From contig JALTLX010000023.1 in the NCBI GenBank assembly GCA_027005325.1, positions 1-24,000 of the forward strand: a DNA stretch of 24,000 nt, in the 5' to 3' direction. The notes under the pieces were generated by a model. That model had not been told where the DNA came from. It made no database searches and saw nothing but the letters and a program-made list of their open reading frames with translations. Positions 16,470 to 24,000 of the stretch are shown in pieces. Source of the stretch: Hyphomicrobiales bacterium. Its GTDB lineage: Bacteria; Pseudomonadota; Alphaproteobacteria; Rhizobiales; Devosiaceae. Numbering within the stretch: the stretch's first letter is position 1; each line of letters begins with the position of its first letter. The position numbers and the translations under genes were made by a program.

Positions 16470-16856
16470 GTGTCCAATTCCAGCCAAGAAACCGGTGCGC
16501 TCCTTACCTACATATTGGGTAAGCGCCCCTCTGAGACATTGCTTGGGCGCTATGGCGATGCGCTTGAAGCCATGGATGGAAATTCGGCCATCGGGTTGAG
16601 CCGTTTTTTCATTCGGTGGCCCATGTTTTTGCGGCTTGTAGACCCGCCTTTTTCCGCCCGTACCCCGCGCCAGCGCATGTTGAGAAAACGCCTCAACGCA
16701 GCCCTCATCATCTGCGAAACATCCCCTGAAGGCACACACCGCCTGCGCCAACGGCCCGGCGAAAGCCGCGCAGGTGTTCTTTTGATGTTACTTGGCTCCC
16801 TCACGCTGGATGCGTTGAGTATGGTGCCGCGCCTGATTATCTGGAGGCTTTGGTAA
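16470..16856 (+). CDS. Small hypothetical protein (128 aa) overlapping or abutting the GMC oxidoreductase start
   Basis: GTG-initiated ORF ending at 16856, 5 nt before the ATG of the next gene. It has a basic middle region and a hydrophobic C-terminal helix (AGVLLMLLGSLTLDALSMV). I recognise no motif, and there is no twin-arginine signal. It could be a real accessory subunit or a non-coding leader. Confidence 0.4.
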   Translation: MSNSSQETGALLTYILGKRPSETLLGRYGDALEAMDGNSAIGLSRFFIRWPMFLRLVDPPFSARTPRQRMLRKRLNAALIICETSPEGTHRLRQRPGESRAGVLLMLLGSLTLDALSMVPRLIIWRLW

Positions 16857-16861
16857 AACTC

Positions 16862-18484
16862 ATGTCCCATGATGTTGTCATAATCGGGTCTGGCCCCGCC
16901 GGGGTCAGTGTTGCATGGCCCCTGGTCAAGGCCGGGCATAGTGTTTTGATGCTGGATCAGGGGCGCACCGGGCAAGTGGGGCGAAAAATGTCGGGGAGCT
17001 TTGCCTCCATCCGCCACGATCCAGGGGACACACAATGGCGCGAACTCATCGGGGAAGACTTTTGCGGCATTGGCGATGAAGCCCACTCGACCCCAAAAAT
17101 GAAGGTGCCCCAGTTTCGCTATGTGCAACGCGGATATAAGGCCGCCTACGGTTTGCAGACCAGAAACCTGCGTCCCACCGGGTCCCTCGCTGCCGGCGGA
17201 CTTTCCAACATGTGGGGGGCCGGTGCCTATTGTTATAATGAAGATGACTTGTCCGGGTTTCCCATTGGCGCAAAAGATTTGATGCCGTCGTATAAATCCG
17301 TTGCCCGACGGATCGGTATCAGCGGCGTTTTGAACGATGATATCGGCCCGTTTCTGGGGGACGTGCCTTTGCAAAAAAGCCTTGATCTTTGCCAGAATGC
17401 GCAGGATATTCTTGCCCGTTATCAAAAGAAAAAAGCGGCTGTCAATTCACTGGGCCTTGTTTTGGGAAGAACCCGAAATGCCGTTATCACTGAAGATCAT
17501 GAAGGCCGCTCGGCATGCACCTATGACAATATGTGTCTGTGGGGATGCAAGAATAATTCCATATACTCCGCCACTCAGGATCTGGAACGGCTTGAGGCCC
17601 AGCCCAATTTCACCTATCAGCCCGGCGCGTTCGTGCAGCAGATTTCAATAAATGAAAACGGGAGTTACAATATTGAGTGCTGTGATGTTGATCGTAAAAA
17701 ACAGAGCAAATTCAGTGTAAAAGCAAACCGTATCTGCCTTGCGGCGGGCACGATTGGCTCCACCATTCTGGCCACCGATATGCTCAAAATTTATGATACG
17801 CCATTGCCGATTTTAACCCACCCGGCCATGGCGTTTGCTTTTGTCATTCCACATAGAGTTGGAAAGCCCGAGACTGAAAAGAGCTTTGCTCTGGGACATC
17901 TGGCCTATCGGTTGGGCAGCCCGAAGGCCCCCGCCACCCATGGGTTTGGCGTTATGTTTGCTGCGGAGGGTTTGCTGGCCTCTGACCTGGCCGCTTTTAT
18001 GCCTTTGAGCCGCCCCGCTGCCGCCCGGACCATTCGCACACTTATTCCCGCAATGGTGGTTGCCAATTGTTATGTGCCCAGCATTTACAGCGATTGCACA
18101 ATCAGCGTATCAATGGACAATTCAACACGAAATGCCCACCTTGAAGGTGGTGTGACGGATGCGTTTGAAAAACAGTTCAAAGATCACAAACTGACAATGG
18201 GAAAAGCCATGCAGAAAATGGGGGCCTACCTGCTCCCCGGAGGGGCCAAACGGGCAGAACTGGGCTCAGACGGGCATTATGCGGGGGGAATCCCCATGCT
18301 GGGGAGCGACACCAGACAACTCAGCGCCAGGCCCAACGGCGAAGTGCGCGGGCTGCCAAACGTATTTAGCGTTGATGGCGCCGCCCTCACCTCACTTTCA
18401 GGCAAACACCCCACTTTTACCATCATGGCAAATGCAGACCGGATTGGCCGCGAACTTGCCGGGGAAATTTCCCGCACGCATTAG
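16862..18484 (+). CDS. GMC-family FAD-dependent oxidoreductase
   Basis: N-terminal FAD fold HDVVIIGSGPAGVSVAWPLVKAGHSVLMLDQG. The C-terminal GMC signature region reads GSDGHYAGGIPMLG...VRGLPNVFSVDGAALTSLSGKHPTFTIMANADRIG. The track start is TTG 16850; I prefer ATG 16862. Confidence 0.85.
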   Translation: MSHDVVIIGSGPAGVSVAWPLVKAGHSVLMLDQGRTGQVGRKMSGSFASIRHDPGDTQWRELIGEDFCGIGDEAHSTPKMKVPQFRYVQRGYKAAYGLQTRNLRPTGSLAAGGLSNMWGAGAYCYNEDDLSGFPIGAKDLMPSYKSVARRIGISGVLNDDIGPFLGDVPLQKSLDLCQNAQDILARYQKKKAAVNSLGLVLGRTRNAVITEDHEGRSACTYDNMCLWGCKNNSIYSATQDLERLEAQPNFTYQPGAFVQQISINENGSYNIECCDVDRKKQSKFSVKANRICLAAGTIGSTILATDMLKIYDTPLPILTHPAMAFAFVIPHRVGKPETEKSFALGHLAYRLGSPKAPATHGFGVMFAAEGLLASDLAAFMPLSRPAAARTIRTLIPAMVVANCYVPSIYSDCTISVSMDNSTRNAHLEGGVTDAFEKQFKDHKLTMGKAMQKMGAYLLPGGAKRAELGSDGHYAGGIPMLGSDTRQLSARPNGEVRGLPNVFSVDGAALTSLSGKHPTFTIMANADRIGRELAGEISRTH

Positions 18485-18531
18485 TCAGTTTCTTTGCACA
18501 CAAGTTTTCGAACCAGTTTATTGGAATTATC

Positions 18532-19830
18532 ATGGCGACATCAAACCTTTCCCAAAGCCAGACCCCCAAGGCAGACAAGCGGCCCCTGTTGTTTCGGGCA
18601 CCAAAGAGTCGTTTTCGCATTTACTCCACACCGGGCCAATATTTTGCCCTCGCAAAATCTATTATAACGGGAAAACTGAAGCCTGGCCCCGCAAATCAAA
18701 AACTCGAACAAGACCTGGCCAAACAATTCGATGTTCCTTATGCCGTGTGCGTCAATCAGGGGCGTGTGGGAATTTATCTGGCGATCAAGGCAATCGTAAC
18801 GCGGGAACGGACCAGGATAATCATGTCCCCCTACACGATTTATGATGTGGTCAATATGGTGATTGCCGCTGGTGGCGAGCCGGTATTTGCCGACATCGAT
18901 CAGGCAAGCTGCAACCTTGACACCGATGAAGTTTCAAAACTGATTGATGATAAAACCGCCGGCGTATTGGTGACCCATCTGCATGGGCTTGCCGCCGATA
19001 TCGAGCCACTTTCAGCACTTTGCAAAGAACGCAATGTGATGCTGATCGAAGACAGTGCGCAGGCTTTCGGGGTGCGCAAGGGGGGCAAATATCTGGGAAC
19101 ATTTGGCGATATCGGCATTTATTCGTTTGGTTTGTTCAAAACGGTCAACAGTTTTTTTGGCGGGATTGTGACCTGTCAGAACAAAGAAGTTGCAGACAAA
19201 ATCAAAGATATGCAAGCCGACTTTTCACCCCCCACCCGCATGCGCATGTTAAAGCGGATGATTCAGGGGCTCGTGTTTGAAATTGCCTCTTTTCCACTGG
19301 TCTTCAAGAGCTTTACCTTCTGGGTGTTTCGCTATGGGGTTTTGTCGGGCAACGAGCATATTCAAAAGGTCACCAAGTCCGAAATGAACCCGGTATTTCG
19401 CGATGCCCTGCCCGAGGGCTACAAGCAGAAAATGAGCAATATTCAGGCCCAGATGGTCCTTGATCAGTTGGGCAATATTGAAGCGGAGCAACAGGCCAGA
19501 ATTGATACGGCGCGCCTTTATTATGAGGCGCTTGAGGGGCGAAACAGCATCATTTCACCACGCACACCCCCTGAGGATGGCAACGGATGTCTGGCCTATC
19601 CCATACAGGTGGAGAACCGGCAGGCGGCGCTTGAAACCCTGATGCGCGAAGGGCGGGACTGCGCGCCCCAACATCTGCATAATTGTGCCGATCTGGATAT
19701 TTACAAAAAATGGTATCGCGATTGCCCAAAGGCGCGGGCCGCCTCAAACAATGTCATATTGCTGCCAACCTATCCGCGCTACGGAAAAAAAGAAGCGTTG
19801 CGCAATATTGCCGTGCTCAATAAACTCTAA
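18532..19830 (+). CDS. DegT/DnrJ/EryC1/StrS-family PLP-dependent (sugar) aminotransferase
   Basis: Family landmarks: LEQDLAKQFDVPYAVCVNQGRVGIYLAIKA, GGEPVFADID, VLVTHLHGLAADIEPL, MLIEDSAQAFG, and the Lys-containing FSFGLFKTVNSFFGG segment. Confidence 0.9.
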   Translation: MATSNLSQSQTPKADKRPLLFRAPKSRFRIYSTPGQYFALAKSIITGKLKPGPANQKLEQDLAKQFDVPYAVCVNQGRVGIYLAIKAIVTRERTRIIMSPYTIYDVVNMVIAAGGEPVFADIDQASCNLDTDEVSKLIDDKTAGVLVTHLHGLAADIEPLSALCKERNVMLIEDSAQAFGVRKGGKYLGTFGDIGIYSFGLFKTVNSFFGGIVTCQNKEVADKIKDMQADFSPPTRMRMLKRMIQGLVFEIASFPLVFKSFTFWVFRYGVLSGNEHIQKVTKSEMNPVFRDALPEGYKQKMSNIQAQMVLDQLGNIEAEQQARIDTARLYYEALEGRNSIISPRTPPEDGNGCLAYPIQVENRQAALETLMREGRDCAPQHLHNCADLDIYKKWYRDCPKARAASNNVILLPTYPRYGKKEALRNIAVLNKL

Positions 19831-19883
19831 GGCCATCAATAAACGGCATTCCCCGATTTCCCCACTAAAAGTGTGACCGACAA

Positions 19884-20663
19884 ATGAGTAAATCCACCGA
19901 TCAACAATCCCGTGAGCAAAATTCTGTTGAAAGGCAGGCGGAGCGCTATGACGCGGAAGCTGCGGCTCATGCAGAGCACCATCAGGACGAATGGACGCAA
20001 AAATATCGGGATATGTCTTTCAGGAAGCCGTTTGCCAATCTGGACTTCAAGGGGAAACTTGTTCTTGATGCCATGTGCGCTTCAGGGGTGGAAACGGGTT
20101 ATCTTTTACGGCAGGGCGCCAAGGTGGAAGGTCTGGATATATCGGAGCAAAATTGTAAATTTTTCACGCAAGAATGGGACAAAACCTGCCACCAATCAAG
20201 CATCCATGACACGGGACTGCCCGACAATCACTTTGATTTCGTCTATATTTGCGGTGGCTTACACCACATAATTCCACTAATGGATGAAACCATTACAGAA
20301 GTACATCGCATTCTCAAGCCTGGCGGCTATTTTTTGTTTATTGAGCCAAATGCCGATACATGGGTGAACAAATTGCGTGAAATCTGGTATAAACGTTCTG
20401 ACCGTTTTGAAGATGAAGAGCGCGCCTTAAGCTACAAAAAGGAATTGAAACCATTCCTTTGTAAGGGGTTTGAGGAACGCGAAATCTATTACGGCGGAAA
20501 TATTGCCTATCTGGTTTTGGGGCAACCGCTCTCGCTTGGCATTTCCCAGGGGGTAAAAGCGGCGCTAGCCTCAACAGTCATTGGCATTGAACGAATTGCA
20601 AATGCCCTGCCCTTTGCGCCCAAACTCTTCTTCTCCAGCGTGTGGCAAAAAACCCGGGCCTGA
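19884..20663 (+). CDS. Class I SAM-dependent methyltransferase
   Basis: Motif I-like VLDAMCASGVETGYLL, acidic post-I residue in VEGLDIS, and motifs FDFVYICGGLHHI and LKPGGYFLFIEPN. Confidence 0.85.
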   Translation: MSKSTDQQSREQNSVERQAERYDAEAAAHAEHHQDEWTQKYRDMSFRKPFANLDFKGKLVLDAMCASGVETGYLLRQGAKVEGLDISEQNCKFFTQEWDKTCHQSSIHDTGLPDNHFDFVYICGGLHHIIPLMDETITEVHRILKPGGYFLFIEPNADTWVNKLREIWYKRSDRFEDEERALSYKKELKPFLCKGFEEREIYYGGNIAYLVLGQPLSLGISQGVKAALASTVIGIERIANALPFAPKLFFSSVWQKTRA

Positions 20664-20705
20664 TTTTGAAACATGCCCTTTGGCACTTCTATGGCATGCG
20701 GTGCA

Positions 20706-21575
20706 CTATTGCTGTGGTATTTTTCCGGTAATTGCAATTTTGACGAGTTGCCAAAAGTCTTGCAGCCTCACCACCGGGTGCCCCTTGGCCCTGACCGAGC
20801 GAAGGGTTTGCGCTGTGGGGAAGGTCCTGACCACCGCCAATTCCTCTGACTGCGGTGTCGAGGCGATGCTGTCTCCATTTCTGATATTTTGGGCCAGTTT
20901 TTCGATAAGCGGATGGCTGGCCAGACGCATGCGAACCCAAAAAGACATCACCGACATATCAGGGGCAATGGCAACGGGTTTTGTGAAGTCAATCACAGGT
21001 CCCGTATCCAGACCGGCATCAACAAAATGCAACGTTCCCTTTGTACTGGTATGCCCATCGTTGAGCAGCCAAAAATAGTTACCCGCTCCACGATATTGCG
21101 GCAAGGGTGCCGCATGAAAATTGATGACCCCCCTGTTGGCCAATGCCAGTATTTTTTTTGTTAGAATAATAGCACTGTCGTTAAAAATATAATCCGGGTT
21201 GAGCTTTTCTATTTCAGCACAGGCCGCATCATCCAACATTGAAAAATCCATATGTCGAACATTGTTGTCCCGACATTTTTTAATCAGACGTCCCGCACCA
21301 AAATAGGCAATGGCGGCATAAAAATATAAAACAAAAACGTTATACAGTTTGAACAAAAGGGCCGACTTGTTCAGATTCTTGGCGAGTTTTTCAGGCGTTT
21401 TGTTCGTTTTTATGCTTTTGGGGATTATCGGCAGACGAACAACGGCACTGATCATATCGGAATGTTGATCAAGCAACGGACCAAGAACCAGATACGAACT
21501 CAAGCCCTCACAATAGAACAGCACAATGCCCTTTTTAGGCCCCTTTGAGGCCCCACGGGTCTCAACATCAGACAT
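20706..21575 (-). CDS. Formyltransferase-family protein (Fmt/ArnA N-domain-like) with a ~45-aa hydrophobic insertion
   Basis: Catalytic region VINFHAAPLPQYRGAGNYFWLL...GTLHFVDAGLDTGPVI corresponds to the N/H/D triad of N10-formyl-THF-dependent transferases. GGGAG lies 6 nt upstream of the ATG, and the gene starts 15 nt after the upstream gene's stop. Confidence 0.8.
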   Translation of the reverse strand: MSDVETRGASKGPKKGIVLFYCEGLSSYLVLGPLLDQHSDMISAVVRLPIIPKSIKTNKTPEKLAKNLNKSALLFKLYNVFVLYFYAAIAYFGAGRLIKKCRDNNVRHMDFSMLDDAACAEIEKLNPDYIFNDSAIILTKKILALANRGVINFHAAPLPQYRGAGNYFWLLNDGHTSTKGTLHFVDAGLDTGPVIDFTKPVAIAPDMSVMSFWVRMRLASHPLIEKLAQNIRNGDSIASTPQSEELAVVRTFPTAQTLRSVRAKGHPVVRLQDFWQLVKIAITGKIPQQ

Positions 21576-21590
21576 TGGCAGCTCCCATGC

Positions 21591-23603
21591 TTAGTTGGAC
21601 AGGTATAATTTGGGGATTGTATTAATTCGCCGCAAGCATTCTTCAAACTCAACATTGATGGTCTGGCAATATTCCCTGATGGCGCCAAATCGAGGCTGAT
21701 TGTCATCTTCAAGCATTTCAACGGCCTGCTGGCGTGTCAAATGACCTTCGCGGATCTGGTTGGAGCGCAGGGTGTCAAATTCGGAGAACCCGGCAACTTC
21801 GTTATAAATGTAATTATAAAACGGCGCCGTCCCGTCACCGATCCGCCAGGTGGACTTGACATCGGGCGCGGTTTCCCAATCATAATTATCGATCAGCGCC
21901 CGGTCGCCATCCTCCTCATTCCAGGGCAGGTAATCGAAAATATTGATGTAGGGCACTTTTTTCACATAATAGGACATGTAGGCAGACATCGTGTCGGGAA
22001 TTGACCGGTTCAGATATGCCGGGTTCATCAAAAAACTGGTGCCATAATAGGTCAGCAATTTGGACAAATCGCTGCGACCAAGCTTATGTATTTTTTTCAG
22101 GTCGGAAGCGGCCGGCAAATCACTCGGGCGAATGCCGGCAAAGCCGGATTTGAAATCTGTCCGCTCCAGAATATTTGAGCAAAATATCAGATTTTTAATT
22201 CCGGTTTGTTTTCCGGTCTCATAGGCATAGTGATAAAACTGTTTATCACCCGCCATGAACAACGGAATCATGCCCAGTTGCGGGCGCTTGAGCCAGGCTT
22301 CCACATTTCGGCGAATGTTGGCGCGTTTGGCGCGGATATCAGCAGAGACCCAGATATGCTCCAGACCCAGTTTATCACACATGCGCGCCTGATTTCGCCG
22401 TGCCAAATCCGTCACCATGCCCCAATCATAGGTATAGGTTATGGGTTTCATACCCAGTTCATTGACCAGCAGATGAAGGCCGTAACTTGAATCGCGCCCT
22501 CCTGAAAAGGCCACAAGACAATCAGCCAGCCCGCGCCCGGTTTTTGCCTCTTCGTGACGGATTTTTTCCAGTTCTTCCTCCAGCGCGTCGCGGCCCTTGA
22601 GTTCCTGCTTTTGATAACCGGTGCAATAGTTGCAAACGCCCTCACTATTAAATTCGATAAAGGGCATGGTTTCAGGCATTACACAACGGGTGCAGCGTTT
22701 CATGTTTTTTCTTATGTCACTGATGCGCTGATGTTTTTCTTCAATTTCCCGTAAAAAGCCAAGTTGGGGCACCACATGGGACGCTGAAAATTCGCGATCC
22801 CCCTGTTTTGTATTATCCTTGTCCTTGCGCAATCTGCCCCATTTAAGAGACAGGTCATCAAGGTCGATAAACAACACCGAACCGGCCCTGACCTGAGTTA
22901 TTTTAGCCCCTTTGAAACCTTCAACCCCATCTTTGTCATCACGCGCGCGGCGTGCAATATAGTCCTCGGAAACAAAGAAAAAACGATCCCCCCGGGGCGA
23001 AATGCAGATATAAAGTGAGCCGGTATTGGTGGCCAGCGCCATGACGTTTTTATCGGTAAACAGTGTGGCCACCGAGGTTTCGCCATAAATCTGCTCGAAC
23101 CCGTAGGTGAAGGCCTGAACGAGGTCGCCATTTTTGCTCAACTGGTCATCCAGCATTGCGGCGAACACTTCAGTATCCACTTCGGCCGTTCGTTCTAAAT
23201 CGGGATGATTTTCCCAGATTTCGGCATCATTCACAATAATCCCGTTATGGACGATGACCGAAGAGCCACGCACAACCGGTTGATTGTTGGAGTCCACCAC
23301 CTGCACGCCATTGGTAACAAGCCGTGTATGCCCCAGGGCAGCGATGGTATTGTCGTTTTTCAGCGATGTGAAAAAGCGATTCCAAAAACCTTTATACTCA
23401 CCCGTTTTCATCATATGTGATGCAGAAACGGAATCCTTGTAAATGGAAATGTTTTTGTCATTCAAAAGCGCCAGTCCGGCGGCCTCCTTGCCCCGGGTTT
23501 CAGACAGACGAAACAAGACCTGCAACTGCTTTTGGATAAAGTCCGCGTCTATCGCCCGGGTTTTGTCCGACGCCAGATCAACATAGCCAAAAATTCCACA
23601 CAT
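21591..23603 (-). CDS. Fusion protein: class-II (Ntn) glutamine amidotransferase domain plus WbpG/WbuX/PseA-like PP-loop N-acetyl-sugar amidotransferase
   Basis: The N-terminus is MCGIFGY (Cys2 nucleophile) with GHTRLVTNG...NNQP...VIVHNGIIVN...VDTEVFA, as in PurF/GlmS/AsnB-type GATases. From about residue 300 there is a zinc-ribbon CTRCVMPETMPFIEFNSEGVCNYC. The PP-loop LVAFSGGRDSSY follows, then ITYTYDWGM, as in N-acetyl sugar amidotransferases. Confidence 0.8.
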   Translation of the reverse strand: MCGIFGYVDLASDKTRAIDADFIQKQLQVLFRLSETRGKEAAGLALLNDKNISIYKDSVSASHMMKTGEYKGFWNRFFTSLKNDNTIAALGHTRLVTNGVQVVDSNNQPVVRGSSVIVHNGIIVNDAEIWENHPDLERTAEVDTEVFAAMLDDQLSKNGDLVQAFTYGFEQIYGETSVATLFTDKNVMALATNTGSLYICISPRGDRFFFVSEDYIARRARDDKDGVEGFKGAKITQVRAGSVLFIDLDDLSLKWGRLRKDKDNTKQGDREFSASHVVPQLGFLREIEEKHQRISDIRKNMKRCTRCVMPETMPFIEFNSEGVCNYCTGYQKQELKGRDALEEELEKIRHEEAKTGRGLADCLVAFSGGRDSSYGLHLLVNELGMKPITYTYDWGMVTDLARRNQARMCDKLGLEHIWVSADIRAKRANIRRNVEAWLKRPQLGMIPLFMAGDKQFYHYAYETGKQTGIKNLIFCSNILERTDFKSGFAGIRPSDLPAASDLKKIHKLGRSDLSKLLTYYGTSFLMNPAYLNRSIPDTMSAYMSYYVKKVPYINIFDYLPWNEEDGDRALIDNYDWETAPDVKSTWRIGDGTAPFYNYIYNEVAGFSEFDTLRSNQIREGHLTRQQAVEMLEDDNQPRFGAIREYCQTINVEFEECLRRINTIPKLYLSN

Positions 23604-23789
23604 CTTTCATGTCCCTTTTTTGGAAAGACCAGATATATGGCGAACAAACAGTCGTTTGCCAAATCGGAAAATCTTACCTCTGAACGCTGTATTCAAGGCA
23701 GACAAATGCCTAACTCACAGTAAAAAAGCAAGCACATTAAGCCCGTGTGTGAAAAATTCGACATAGATATGTTAACCGGTTATTTTGCC

Positions 23790-23823
23790 GGGACGTCGGC
23801 GGGCAATCCCGCAAGGACGCCCC
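23790..23823 (-). terminator. GC-rich compound hairpin immediately downstream of the partial minus-strand ORF
   Basis: GGGACGTC (23790-23797) pairs with GACGCCCC (23816-23823), with one G-U pair in the RNA. The inner stem is GCGGG (23799-23803) / CCCGC (23808-23812) with a 4-nt loop. It starts 9 nt after the stop at 23832-23834 on the minus strand. No U-tract follows on the minus-strand transcript. Confidence 0.35.
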
Positions 23824-23831
23824 CTCATCCC

Positions 23832-24000
23832 TTATAACTCAGCCTCTGCGGTGAATTGAAAGCTGGCGGTCTTGTAAATGGTATATCCGGCGCCATAAAT
23901 GGCACTTATGCCACTGACCCCGACAACTCCCCCTGATGCGACTTTGTTGGCACTGTTGGTTCTTACGCTTCCTGATGCGCCTGAAACGGGATTGTAAACG
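23832..24000 (-). CDS. 3' end of a Gly/Ser/Ala-rich protein (possible surface or outer-membrane protein), 5' part outside the window
   Basis: My own translation of the reverse strand is VYNPVSGASGSVRTNSANKVASGGVVGVSGISAIYGAGYTIYKTASFQFTAEAEL*. It is open to the window edge and a hairpin follows the stop. It is not in the ORF track because it is edge-truncated. There is no functional evidence beyond composition and alternating beta-strand-like residues. Confidence 0.35.
   Translation of the reverse strand, partial: VYNPVSGASGSVRTNSANKVASGGVVGVSGISAIYGAGYTIYKTASFQFTAEAEL

Noticed and set aside
16550-17425. 291-aa minus-strand ORF overlapping the small ORF and the 5' third of the GMC oxidoreductase gene
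   Set aside because: It is antisense to the FAD-binding fold of the GMC protein. The sequence is Pro/Gly/Arg-rich without motifs and has no plausible RBS context. I treat it as a shadow ORF.
18279-18845. 188-aa plus-strand ORF spanning the GMC 3' end and the DegT 5' end
   Set aside because: It is out of frame with two well-supported genes and its composition is Pro/Gly/Gln-rich, so I treat it as an overlap artefact.
20581-21078. 165-aa plus-strand ORF overlapping the methyltransferase 3' end and antisense to the formyltransferase
   Set aside because: It has no motifs, and it conflicts with the formyltransferase frame that carries the N/H/D catalytic signature.
23604-23789. Long (~190 nt) leader/intergenic region upstream of the amidotransferase, including a 63-aa plus-strand ORF (23532..23723)
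   Set aside because: I found no convincing promoter hexamers, riboswitch-like conserved structure or coding signal. The 63-aa ORF overlaps the amidotransferase start on the opposite strand and has no RBS.
1-24000. Mobile elements, prophage, defence systems, CRISPR, tRNA/rRNA
   Set aside because: I found no transposase, integrase or recombinase-like ORFs. There are no terminal inverted repeats flanking the glycan locus, no spaced direct-repeat arrays, and no cloverleaf-like or rRNA-like segments. DUF1353 proteins do occur in phages, but this one is isolated.

Overview
The window looks like bacterial chromosome from a Gram-negative organism. All the good ORFs are tightly packed, and I recognised no rRNA, tRNA, CRISPR array, transposase or integrase.

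The left third (1-7.7 kb) carries metabolic and housekeeping genes:
- the 3' part of a FadH-type 2,4-dienoyl-CoA reductase
- a PiT-family phosphate transporter with a Pho-box-like direct repeat upstream
- a minus-strand run of an SDR lacking the catalytic Tyr/Lys, a universal stress protein and a DUF1353 protein
- a divergently transcribed orphan glycyl-radical enzyme pair of the YjjI/YjjW type (function unknown). An 18-nt poly-A tract sits at the junction of the two genes.

The right two-thirds (7.7-23.6 kb) is a surface-glycan locus:
- two GT4 glycosyltransferases
- an ABC-2 exporter (permease and ATPase overlapping at TAATG)
- two uncharacterised membrane proteins, one very hydrophobic and carrying G8 and G9 tracts
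- a MOP/Wzx-like flippase
- a GtrB/ArnC-like GT2
- an apparent operon of a small unknown ORF, a GMC flavoprotein oxidoreductase, a DegT-family aminotransferase and a SAM methyltransferase
- a convergent pair: a formyltransferase with a hydrophobic insertion, and an unusual fusion of a class-II (Ntn) glutamine amidotransferase domain to a WbpG/WbuX-like PP-loop sugar amidotransferase.

The window ends in the 3' end of a Gly/Ser/Ala-rich minus-strand ORF.

The most interesting items are the YjjI/YjjW pair with its A18 junction, the fused amidotransferase, and the oxidase-aminotransferase module with no NDP-sugar dehydratase in view. All functional calls come from motif recognition by eye. No database search was possible.
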